DNA from: an uncultured Gammaproteobacteria bacterium
GTDB lineage: Bacteria > Patescibacteriota > Microgenomatia > Levybacterales > GWA1-39-11
Length of the DNA stretch: 58,531 nucleotides
Assembly: GCA_964448725.1 (NCBI GenBank)
Contig: CAYVAJ010000007.1
Span: 1 to 58,531 of the forward strand
Direction: 5' to 3'
Shown: positions 50,835-58,531 of the stretch, piece by piece
Layout of the letters: every line of letters starts with the position of its first letter
Numbering within the stretch: position 1 is the first letter of the stretch
Notes under the pieces: model-generated
Told to the model about the DNA's origin: nothing
Seen by the model: only the letters and a program-made list of their open reading frames with translations
Databases searched by the model: none
Position numbers and translations under genes: made by a program

Positions 50835-51095
50835 ATGGAGAAGAAATACTTTGTCTATATTCTTGAATGTGCAGATGGATCCTATTATATTGGCAAAGCA
50901 GAAAATGTAGATAAAAGAGTAAGAGCGCATAATGGTGAGTATTCAGGAGGTGCGAAATATACACGGAGCAGGCGCCCAGTTACAGTGAAATATGTCGAAG
51001 AATGTGAATCTATAAGCGATGCGCTCAAACGAGAATATATGCTTAAAAAACTATCTCGAAAACAAAAAGAAAAGCTGATTTACCAAAATATATGA
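50835..51095 (+). CDS. GIY-YIG nuclease-family protein
   Basis: [29 protein letters not shown]. Confidence 0.8.
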   Translation: MEKKYFVYILECADGSYYIGKAENVDKRVRAHNGEYSGGAKYTRSRRPVTVKYVEECESISDALKREYMLKKLSRKQKEKLIYQNI

Positions 51096-51108
51096 TATAC
51101 TGTTCTTT

Positions 51109-51441
51109 ATGGATACATCTGATATAAAGATTGAAGAGCTAACAGTTGGTAAAGGAACTGAAGCAAAAAAAGGTGATACAGTAACTGTCCACTATACTGG
51201 TTGGTTAACAGATGGTAAGAAATTTGATTCATCTGTTGACCGAAATATGCCATTTACGGTTAAAATCGGTTATGGGTATGTGATCAAAGGATGGGATCAG
51301 GGAATTCCTGGAATGAAAGTCGGCGGAAAACGAAAATTAACTATTCCAGCACATCTTGGATATGGTGATTATGGTGCTGATCCTCTTATACCTGGTGGCG
51401 CAACACTTATTTTTGAGGTAGAACTGCTTGAGGTTGCGTAA
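51109..51441 (+). CDS. FKBP-type peptidyl-prolyl isomerase
   Basis: [21 protein letters not shown]...[20 protein letters not shown]. Confidence 0.85.
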   Translation: MDTSDIKIEELTVGKGTEAKKGDTVTVHYTGWLTDGKKFDSSVDRNMPFTVKIGYGYVIKGWDQGIPGMKVGGKRKLTIPAHLGYGDYGADPLIPGGATLIFEVELLEVA

Positions 51442-52567
51442 CATCGGTTGATTTTTTTGATAATTTTTCTCTAATTGCTTCCAGCACTTCAGGTATTCCT
51501 TCTTCATTTTTCACTGATAAAAATAGTGGAGATTTATCAGCGAATTCATTTGCGAGTTCTTCTTTTTCTTCTTCTGAGAGGGCATCCATTTTGTTAAATA
51601 AATACAAAATATCTTCAGGTCCTCGTCCAAGATCTTCTAATATATCATTTACCACATTTATTTTGACAGTAATTTCCGGATCTGATGCATCGACTACATG
51701 TAACAGAATGTCTGCGTGGATAGATTCCATGAGTGTTGATTTAAATGCGCTTACAAGTATCGGAGGCAAATCACGGATAAATCCAATGGTATCGGTAATG
51801 AGAACTTCACTATTCATGGTAGGAATGTACATTTTTCCTATACTACTATCAAGTGTGGCAAATAGTTCATTTTTAGTGTAATTTTTTTTACCAGTGAGTA
51901 TATTAAAGAGAGAGCTTTTTCCAGCATTCGTATATCCAACAATTGATACTGTCTTAAATCCTGCTTTTTTTCGTTGTTCGAGCTGATTTTCTCGGTTTTT
52001 AGTAATTTTTGCAAGTTCATCTGTCACTTTTTTCATCTCATTTCTCCAGTGTCGTTTCATCAGTTCAGTATTTGTTTCACCTATTCCAACAGTACCGATT
52101 CCTCCTCCTTGTCTTGATAACACATGTCCCATACCATAAATTCGTGGTCCCATATATCGCATACGAGCAAGTTCAATTTGCAAATTTGCCTCTGCAGTTG
52201 AGGCATGTTTCTCAAAAATATGTAAAATGAGATCGATACGGTCCCAGACTTTAATCTGCGGGTTAACTTTTTCAAATGCACGGGTGAGTGCGTGAATCTG
52301 TCCAGGTTTGACGAGGCTATTTACAATTATGACATCAATATCTTTCTCTGTGATAATTTCAGCAACTGATTCCATTTTTCCTTTCCCCAAAAATGCCATT
52401 TTACTGATTTTATCAGTGCGTTGAATAACACGGTCAATGATCTCTCCACCTAATGTATTAATCAATGACTCAAGTTCTTCACCAATGTGAATGCTCTCAT
52501 TTTTTGTGTCACGGGGATTTATTACATGAATTGGGAGGATACGAAGTGTATGTGATAGATTGTGCAT
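51407..52567 (-). CDS. hflX: GTPase HflX
   Basis: HflX N-domain, G1 [21 protein letters not shown]. Confidence 0.85.
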   Translation of the reverse strand: MHNLSHTLRILPIHVINPRDTKNESIHIGEELESLINTLGGEIIDRVIQRTDKISKMAFLGKGKMESVAEIITEKDIDVIIVNSLVKPGQIHALTRAFEKVNPQIKVWDRIDLILHIFEKHASTAEANLQIELARMRYMGPRIYGMGHVLSRQGGGIGTVGIGETNTELMKRHWRNEMKKVTDELAKITKNRENQLEQRKKAGFKTVSIVGYTNAGKSSLFNILTGKKNYTKNELFATLDSSIGKMYIPTMNSEVLITDTIGFIRDLPPILVSAFKSTLMESIHADILLHVVDASDPEITVKINVVNDILEDLGRGPEDILYLFNKMDALSEEEKEELANEFADKSPLFLSVKNEEGIPEVLEAIREKLSKKSTDVTQPQAVLPQK

Positions 52568-52651
52568 TGCTCTATTATACCAGGAATGGTGGTAAGTGGA
52601 TTTTGGCTGAGAAATATTAAAAAAAATTCATGATACAATACATGTAATAGC

Positions 52652-54196
52652 ATGAATAAAATTCTACGCTATATAAATCCAATCTCCCACTTAGGGAACA
52701 AAAAGTATTCAATCCTGTTCCCGTTCTTCGTTACGGTCATTTTGTGTATTTTATCTGAGGTACATGTACAAGTAATTGCACAAACATCAGAAGAAATTGG
52801 AACACATGTTATTTATCTCTTCTTCACGGTTATTATTTATTTCGCATTTCGTGATGGAATACGTGGAGGTGTCATTGCGACAATTGTCACGCTCTCATAT
52901 TATAGCTATATTGTTTTTCAATACGCGAGATCTCCTGAAGAACAAGGCGCACTATGGGAGACTATTATTATTTTAGGGTTCATATATTTAACATTATCGA
53001 CTTTGGTTGGATGGCTCAAACAAACAATAGATAATCTAATAGAGCGTGAAGCAAATGAAAAAAGACGTCTGCAATCAGTAGTACAGCAGTTACCGGCAGG
53101 CGTTATCATAACAGACAGTAACGGTACCATTATCCAGGCAAATAGGCAGTCAGAACTTATACTTGGAAAAAAGATTCGCACTGGTTTACCAGTCCAATCA
53201 ATTTTGCTTTCTATGAAGAAACAAAATGAAAAAAAAGAAGTTGTTCAATGGCCGCTTCTTCAGGCACTGACTACAGGGAGATCAGTAATTGGTAAGGAAT
53301 ATGTGCTTGAACGGGAAGATGGAAGGCGAGTCTTTGTACAAATGAGTGCATCACTTATTCACAATAAAGAACATAAACTAATTGCAGCTGCTTCAATTAT
53401 AAATGATATAACTGTGCAAAGAGAGATGGAAGAAAGAAAAGATGATTTTGTAAATATGGCATCTCACGAGTTAAAAACACCAATAACTAGTATGAAATTA
53501 TATATTGATTCGCTTCTTAATAGAATACAGGCACAGGGTGATGAAAAAGGTGTAAAAACTCTTACGAGTATTAAGTATCAAACAGAACGATTACAGGAAC
53601 TTGTGAGTGATCTGCTGGATGTATCACGATTGCAGACTGGAAAACTGGGTTTTAACAAAGAAAAATTTAGGCTTGATGAACTTATAATTGAAACAATAAA
53701 TGAATTAAAAGGATTTACGAAACAACAGAAAATTATATTTAAAAAATCTCCACAGGTACAAGTGAATGCTGATAAATTTCGTATTTATCAAGTAATTACA
53801 AATCTTATCACAAATGCAGTCAAATACTCACCAGCTGGATCTGATATCACTATTACGTTAAAAAAAGAGGCACAAAAAGCAATAGTAAGTGTACAAGATT
53901 TAGGCATTGGCATAGAAAAAAATCAGCAGAAAAAGATATTTGAACGTCTATATCAGGTAACAGATCCAAAAGAGAAAACATTTCCCGGACTTGGTATGGG
54001 GCTTTATATTACGAAAGAAATTGTAAAGAAGCACAAAGGTACTATTTGGGTAGAAAGTGAAAAAGGAAAAGGATCAACTTTTTACTTTAGCTTGCCATTA
54101 ACTACGCAGGAAAATACAAAATCCGATAAAAAGAGCACAAAAAAGAAAACAAAATCACGCAAACGTACACGAAGTTCAGCATATAATGTAGCATAA
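52652..54196 (+). CDS. membrane-bound PAS sensor histidine kinase (paralog of 49223-50722)
   Basis: N-terminal TM helices, PAS, H-box SHELKTP, NAVKYS, GLGMGL. Lys-rich tail. Confidence 0.8.
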   Translation: MNKILRYINPISHLGNKKYSILFPFFVTVILCILSEVHVQVIAQTSEEIGTHVIYLFFTVIIYFAFRDGIRGGVIATIVTLSYYSYIVFQYARSPEEQGALWETIIILGFIYLTLSTLVGWLKQTIDNLIEREANEKRRLQSVVQQLPAGVIITDSNGTIIQANRQSELILGKKIRTGLPVQSILLSMKKQNEKKEVVQWPLLQALTTGRSVIGKEYVLEREDGRRVFVQMSASLIHNKEHKLIAAASIINDITVQREMEERKDDFVNMASHELKTPITSMKLYIDSLLNRIQAQGDEKGVKTLTSIKYQTERLQELVSDLLDVSRLQTGKLGFNKEKFRLDELIIETINELKGFTKQQKIIFKKSPQVQVNADKFRIYQVITNLITNAVKYSPAGSDITITLKKEAQKAIVSVQDLGIGIEKNQQKKIFERLYQVTDPKEKTFPGLGMGLYITKEIVKKHKGTIWVESEKGKGSTFYFSLPLTTQENTKSDKKSTKKKTKSRKRTRSSAYNVA

Positions 54197-54203
54197 TGTA
54201 ATT

Positions 54204-54563
54204 ATGAACAAAAAAGTATTAATTGTAGATGACGATTACAGTGTATTAGATGCGATATCTCTCATTTTGGATGAGGCAGGATATCACGTTAAAACAACGA
54301 CAAAAGGTGAACAAACATACAATATGGTACGGGAATTTAAACCTGATCTAATCTTACTTGATGTACTTATGTCTGGTAATGACGGTAGACATATTTGTAA
54401 AAAACTGAAAACTAATGAAGATTCAATGCATATTCCGATCATTATGATTTCTGCTCATCCAAGTGCAGAAAAATCAATAAAAGAATGTGGTGCAGATGAT
54501 TTTATAGCAAAACCATTCGAAACTGTTGATTTACTTGAATTAGTCTCGCATTATGTCTCCTGA
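54204..54563 (+). CDS. stand-alone response-regulator receiver protein (paralog of 48782-49144)
   Basis: Same receiver motif set, e.g. HIPIIMISA and GADDFIAKPFE shared with the other copy. Confidence 0.8.
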   Translation: MNKKVLIVDDDYSVLDAISLILDEAGYHVKTTTKGEQTYNMVREFKPDLILLDVLMSGNDGRHICKKLKTNEDSMHIPIIMISAHPSAEKSIKECGADDFIAKPFETVDLLELVSHYVS

Positions 54564-54593
54564 TCGCTATCTCAGATGGAGGAGGAACAATTT

Positions 54594-54604
54594 GTTGCTG
54601 GACT
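54594..54604 (-). repeat. 11-nt echo of the tRNA-Gln 3' end
   Basis: GTTGCTGGACT at 54594-54604 and at 54701-54711. Confidence 0.4.
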
Positions 54605-54667
54605 TGCACTCTTCGGGTATTTCGCTTCGCTCAAGATTCGAGGCGAAATCTATTCCGTACTAACCAC

Positions 54668-54695
54668 AAAAAAAGACGACATATGTCGCCTTTTT
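54668..54695. terminator. bidirectional terminator
   Basis: A7-GACGACAT/ATGTCGCC-T5 between the convergent receiver gene and tRNA-Gln. Confidence 0.65.
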
Positions 54696-54698
54696 CTA

Positions 54699-54772
54699 TG
54701 GTTGCTGGACTAGGATTCGAACCTAGATAAACGGATCCAAAGTCCGTTGTCCTACCATTAGACGATCCAGCA
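54699..54772 (-). tRNA. tRNA-Gln (TTG), CCA encoded
   Basis: U1-A72 acceptor TGCTGGA/TCCAGCA, anticodon arm ACGGA-CTTTGGA-TCCGT, T-arm CTAGG-TTCGAAT-CCTAG, A-CCA end. Confidence 0.8.
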
Positions 54773-54896
54773 GTAAGGGAGAAAAAGAAAACAGAGATAT
54801 ATCTGCTTTCTTGAACCTGTATATGATATCAAAATTACGTTTTTGCTTCAACAAATTAACTTATTTCTTATTCTTGTATCGTACTATTTTCCAGAT

Positions 54897-55145
54897 ATGG
54901 ATACAAAAGATTTGAAAAAAATGACTCCCCCTACTCCGCTCTGGGAATTAAAAATTGGAGAAGTAACGGGGCATAATCTGGAATCCTCTGGTCGTGATGA
55001 GGTAAATAAGATGCTTGATCAAGGGTGGATTTTACTACATATTTATACACTCAGGTATCGCGATGAATCAGATGGAGACGGTACCTGGCGTGAACGTCCA
55101 ATGGCAATATTAGGTAAGCCAACCAAACAGGTGAAACTCGCTTGA
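54897..55145 (+). CDS. hypothetical 82-aa protein
   Basis: Start taken at MDTKDLKKM. No family recognised. Confidence 0.4.
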   Translation: MDTKDLKKMTPPTPLWELKIGEVTGHNLESSGRDEVNKMLDQGWILLHIYTLRYRDESDGDGTWRERPMAILGKPTKQVKLA

Positions 55146-55176
55146 ATAATAGACTTTTATCTTTACAAACTTTAGG

Positions 55177-55210
55177 AACTTTATAAACTTTATAAACTTT
55201 ATAAACTTTT
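55177..55210. repeat. 9-nt tandem repeat AACTTTATA x3.7
   Basis: Lies between convergent genes. Confidence 0.7.
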
Positions 55211-55214
55211 ATCT

Positions 55215-56624
55215 CTAAAGTGTAATAACCTTGATAGTATCAGTTGCGCCGCTTACTCCTACTGCTGTGCCGCCAATCATGACAACTTTTTCACCATTTT
55301 TCCCTATATTATTTTCCTGAATTTCTTTAGCAATTGCATCCCAGAATGAATCACTGGTAGTGGTTGGTTTGATGACTATTGGTTGAAGCCCCCAGACAAG
55401 ACTAAGCTGATTTTGTGTTAGCGTATCATGAGTGACCGCAACAATATGTGCATTAGGTCGAAAAGAAGCGATATTAAATGCTGTTCCTCCTTTAGAAGTG
55501 GCAACAGCAAGTAAATTCGTCTTGAGTTTGTAAGCAAGAGAAGCAGCTGATGAGGTGATTGCATTTGACTGCAAGCTCTTGTCATCGATATGCTCCCAAT
55601 TTACTTTTACGTATTGTTTAAATTCTGGTGTTTTCTCAACTGATAAAATAATATCGTGCATGACTTGGACTGCTCGTACTGGATACTTCCCTGCAGCAGA
55701 TTCAGCAGACAGCATGACTGCATCTACTTGATTCATGACTGCGTATCCCACATCAGATGCTTCAGCGCGGGTTGGTCGTGGATTTTCTATCATAGACTCA
55801 AGCATTTGAGTTGCGACTATAACTGGCTTTTGATATTCACGACATAGTCTTATGATACGTTGTTGCAAAATAGGTACTTGTGAAGCAGATGTTTCGATTG
55901 CCAAGTCTCCTCGAGCAATCATTACCGCATTACTCAATTGTATGATTTCCTGAAGATGTTCAATTGCTTCATTTTTTTCTATTTTTACACAGATTTTTGT
56001 ATTACTTCTATGTTTTTCAATAAATTCTTTGATCTCAAGTACATCATCCGGAGTTTGGACAAAAGATAATGCAATATATTCAACATCTTGTGAAAGTGAA
56101 AATTTTATATCCTCATGATCTTTTTTTGTAAATACATCTTTTGTAAAGTGTGTATCAGGTATATTGATCCCTTTATGCGAATCAATCCATCCATCATTTT
56201 TTGCAATCGTTATGATCCTCTTTCCATGAATCTCTGTTACTTCCAGTTCAACCAGCCCGTCATTCATAAAAATACGGTGACCTTTCTTAACCATCTCGGA
56301 AAGATCAAATTGTAATGGGAGGTCAGCATCTGATGGCTCAGACGAGAGGGATATTCCCATGCCTTTCTGAATATCTAATCTTTTTTCCAGTGTGCCTAAT
56401 CGTAATTTTGGTCCTTGAATATCTGCAATAATGGCAACAGGCTTGTGGAGTTTTTTTGCAACTGTTCTAATGAGTTTGATGTTTTCTTTTTTTTCTTGGT
56501 GATTACCATGAGAAAAATTGAGTCGTGCAACGTCCATTCCTGCATTGATCAGTTCAGTTATTGTATCCTCATTATTTGATGCAGGGCCAATAGTGCAGAT
56601 AATTTTTGTTTTTTTTGTCACCAT
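55215..56624 (-). CDS. pyk: pyruvate kinase
   Basis: TKIICTIGPAS, ARLNFSHG, MIARGDL, typical length. Confidence 0.9.
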   Translation of the reverse strand: MVTKKTKIICTIGPASNNEDTITELINAGMDVARLNFSHGNHQEKKENIKLIRTVAKKLHKPVAIIADIQGPKLRLGTLEKRLDIQKGMGISLSSEPSDADLPLQFDLSEMVKKGHRIFMNDGLVELEVTEIHGKRIITIAKNDGWIDSHKGINIPDTHFTKDVFTKKDHEDIKFSLSQDVEYIALSFVQTPDDVLEIKEFIEKHRSNTKICVKIEKNEAIEHLQEIIQLSNAVMIARGDLAIETSASQVPILQQRIIRLCREYQKPVIVATQMLESMIENPRPTRAEASDVGYAVMNQVDAVMLSAESAAGKYPVRAVQVMHDIILSVEKTPEFKQYVKVNWEHIDDKSLQSNAITSSAASLAYKLKTNLLAVATSKGGTAFNIASFRPNAHIVAVTHDTLTQNQLSLVWGLQPIVIKPTTTSDSFWDAIAKEIQENNIGKNGEKVVMIGGTAVGVSGATDTIKVITL

Positions 56625-56685
56625 ATATATCTGTATTTCTATTGATAGTTTACTCTATCAGGTGTTTTGATTACAATAGTATGAT

Positions 56686-56949
56686 ATGGAAAATACAGTT
56701 CGTTGTCAAAGTTGCGGTATGCCATTGGATGATGGATTCTTTGGGACTGAAAAAAATGGAGAACTCAATCATGAATACTGCAAATTCTGTTATCAGGATG
56801 GAACATATTTACAACCTGATTTAACCGTAGATGTCATGATTCAGATGTCAATAAATAATATGATTGAAGAACAAGGCTTCGAAGACCCACAAGCAGAAGA
56901 AATTGCACGCGCCTTTATCCCGACTCTGAAGAGATGGAGGAAGGAATAG
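56686..56949 (+). CDS. zinc-ribbon domain protein
   Basis: CQSCGMPL...EYCKFCY pattern of the putative zinc-ribbon family. Confidence 0.55.
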   Translation: MENTVRCQSCGMPLDDGFFGTEKNGELNHEYCKFCYQDGTYLQPDLTVDVMIQMSINNMIEEQGFEDPQAEEIARAFIPTLKRWRKE

Positions 56950-57125
56950 GGAGTATTGAGTATTGATTGTAGATTACTTATTATTTATCAATTATTATGG
57001 ATTTAAGACTTAGAGCGTAAGATATAAGGTTTAAAATAAAAGGATAAGAAAGAAAATAAAATATAAAAATAATCAATAATAATAGATAAATAAGTTCGCA
57101 GTATACGGAGTAAGAATCAAATATC

Positions 57126-57145
57126 AATAATAAATAATAAGTAAT
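57126..57145. repeat. 20-nt AT-rich inverted repeat (partner at 58489-58508)
   Basis: AATAATAAATAATAAGTAAT versus the exact reverse complement ATTACTTATTATTTATTATT. Confidence 0.5.
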
Positions 57146-57154
57146 AAATTATAA

Positions 57155-57379
57155 ATGTCTTCTATGGTTTTTCGTGAAGTTCCTACAAGATCGATTATAA
57201 AGACTTTGACATATCGGCTCGTTATTATTCTTTCAAACTTTATAGTGACATATTTGCTGACTGGATCTTTTGATTTAGCTACCAAAGTTGCAAGTGTTAC
57301 ATTTGTTGTTAATACTGGCATTTATTTTTTCCATGAACGGGTTTGGAATTCAATACGTTGGGGAAAGAAAAAGAACTAG
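57155..57379 (+). CDS. DUF2061-family membrane protein
   Basis: RSIIKTLTYRLV...FFHERVWN pattern. Confidence 0.65.
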   Translation: MSSMVFREVPTRSIIKTLTYRLVIILSNFIVTYLLTGSFDLATKVASVTFVVNTGIYFFHERVWNSIRWGKKKN

Positions 57380-58417
57380 CTATTTGATAAGTTTTTGCTG
57401 AGCGGAGACCTCGGTTGGAAAAGTAATGCCTAAATGTTGGTACGCAGCAGCAGTCGCAATACGTCCGCGCGGAGTTCTTTTTAGAAAACCAATTTGCATT
57501 AGATATGGTTCGATTACATCTTCAAGTGTTCCCACGTCTTCTGATAGTGAAGATGCAAGTGTTTCAATACCTACAGGGCCGCCGTTATGCATCTCTATAA
57601 TAGTTTTAAGTAATCTAGTATCTGCACCATCAAGACCCATATGATCAACCTCAAGCATTTTAAGTGCTTCCTGAGCAAGCTGATGGGTAATTTTTCCATT
57701 TCCTTTTACCTGTGCGAAATCTCGTGCACGTTTTAAAATTTTCAATGCAATCCGAGGGGTACCGCGACTGCGCAGTGCTATTTCTTCCACACTTTTTACA
57801 TCGATCTCTGTTCCGAGTTTTTCAGCAGCTTTTTTAATTACTACTCCCAGTTCATTCGGTGAATAAAAATGAAGTCTATGAATAACTCCAAATCGGTCGC
57901 GAAGCGGAGCTGAAAGCAACCCTGCTCTGGTAGTGGCCCCGATGATAGTAAACTGCGGAAGATCTAACCTTAGCGTGCGGGCTGATGGGCCTTTGCCAAT
58001 TACAATGTCTAGACAATAGTCTTCCATAGCTGGATACAGTGTTTCCTCAACAACCTTATTAAGTCGGTGAATTTCATCAATAAATAAAATATCTCCTTTT
58101 TCAAGATTGGTTAAGATAGAGGCTAGATCTCCTGCTCGTTCAATTGCTGGTCCTGATGTCACTCTTATATTACTATCCATTTCACGAGCAATTAAATGAG
58201 ATAAGGTTGTTTTTCCCAGACCAGGCGGACCATAGAGTAATACGTGTTCAATTGCTTCTTCTCGCTGTTTGGCAGCAGTAATAGAGATTTGCAACGATTC
58301 TTTAATGTTTTCCTGACCATAAAACTCATTCCACGATTTTGCCCGTAGTGAATTAATTAATACTTCCTCTTCAGGATTCTCTGTCTGTGTTCGAATAAGC
58401 GGGTTAATGTTGTCCAT
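57380..58417 (-). CDS. ruvB: Holliday junction branch-migration helicase RuvB
   Basis: [10 protein letters not shown] Walker [16 protein letters not shown]. Confidence 0.9.
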   Translation of the reverse strand: MDNINPLIRTQTENPEEEVLINSLRAKSWNEFYGQENIKESLQISITAAKQREEAIEHVLLYGPPGLGKTTLSHLIAREMDSNIRVTSGPAIERAGDLASILTNLEKGDILFIDEIHRLNKVVEETLYPAMEDYCLDIVIGKGPSARTLRLDLPQFTIIGATTRAGLLSAPLRDRFGVIHRLHFYSPNELGVVIKKAAEKLGTEIDVKSVEEIALRSRGTPRIALKILKRARDFAQVKGNGKITHQLAQEALKMLEVDHMGLDGADTRLLKTIIEMHNGGPVGIETLASSLSEDVGTLEDVIEPYLMQIGFLKRTPRGRIATAAAYQHLGITFPTEVSAQQKLIK

Positions 58418-58531
58418 ACTTAATTATTTATTATTTATTACTTATTATTGATTATTGATAACTCAGGATACATAATTATTTATTATTGATTACTTATTAT
58501 TTATTATTTTAGGTTCTATATTTTACATTTT

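Noticed and set aside
55177-55210. The 9-nt tandem repeat as a regulatory or phase-variation element.
   Set aside because: It lies between two convergent gene ends in AT-rich low-complexity DNA, with no adjacent promoter or coding frame affected.

Overview
This is an AT-rich bacterial chromosome fragment. Single hand-counted 60-nt lines give about 30% G+C in housekeeping genes. Most of the content is compact housekeeping genes: rnc-nusB, rpmF, recG, tyrS, pheST, thrS-infC-rpmI-rplT, tig, typA, hflX, pyk and ruvB. It also carries two class-A PBPs, cell-wall enzymes, an envelope-glycosylation operon, two paralogous histidine-kinase/receiver pairs and 8 tRNA genes. Small genes and domain-truncated proteins (short PheT, a trigger factor with no PPIase domain) suggest a reduced-genome, CPR/Patescibacteria-like organism, but that is inference only. 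The most unusual content is on the minus strand between about 14.4 and 22.5 kb. There, six paralogous regulatory modules each drive a small orphan gene. Each module runs promoter, near-leaderless mini-ORF, a four-segment CCTCCC/GGGAGG attenuator ending in a T7 terminator, a conserved GA-hairpin, then SD. Three of these AT-rich modules are spliced in front of a ~3 kb block of G+C-rich (50-60% on sampled lines) orphan genes that looks foreign. Two further isolated G+C-rich orphan genes occur, one secreted (1278-1739) and one an acidic two-TM protein lying between tRNA genes (29814-31178). Other observations: a 26-bp perfect palindrome present three times and associated with a TrpR/YerC-like regulator; an in-frame GC-rich palindromic insertion in typA; partial echo copies of tRNA ends next to four tRNA genes; a promoter followed by an 18-bp hairpin leader upstream of a cell-wall enzyme gene; and frequent leaderless promoter geometry. 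I recognised no rRNA, CRISPR array, transposase, integrase or reverse transcriptase. All folds, motifs and family calls were made by eye and need computational confirmation.
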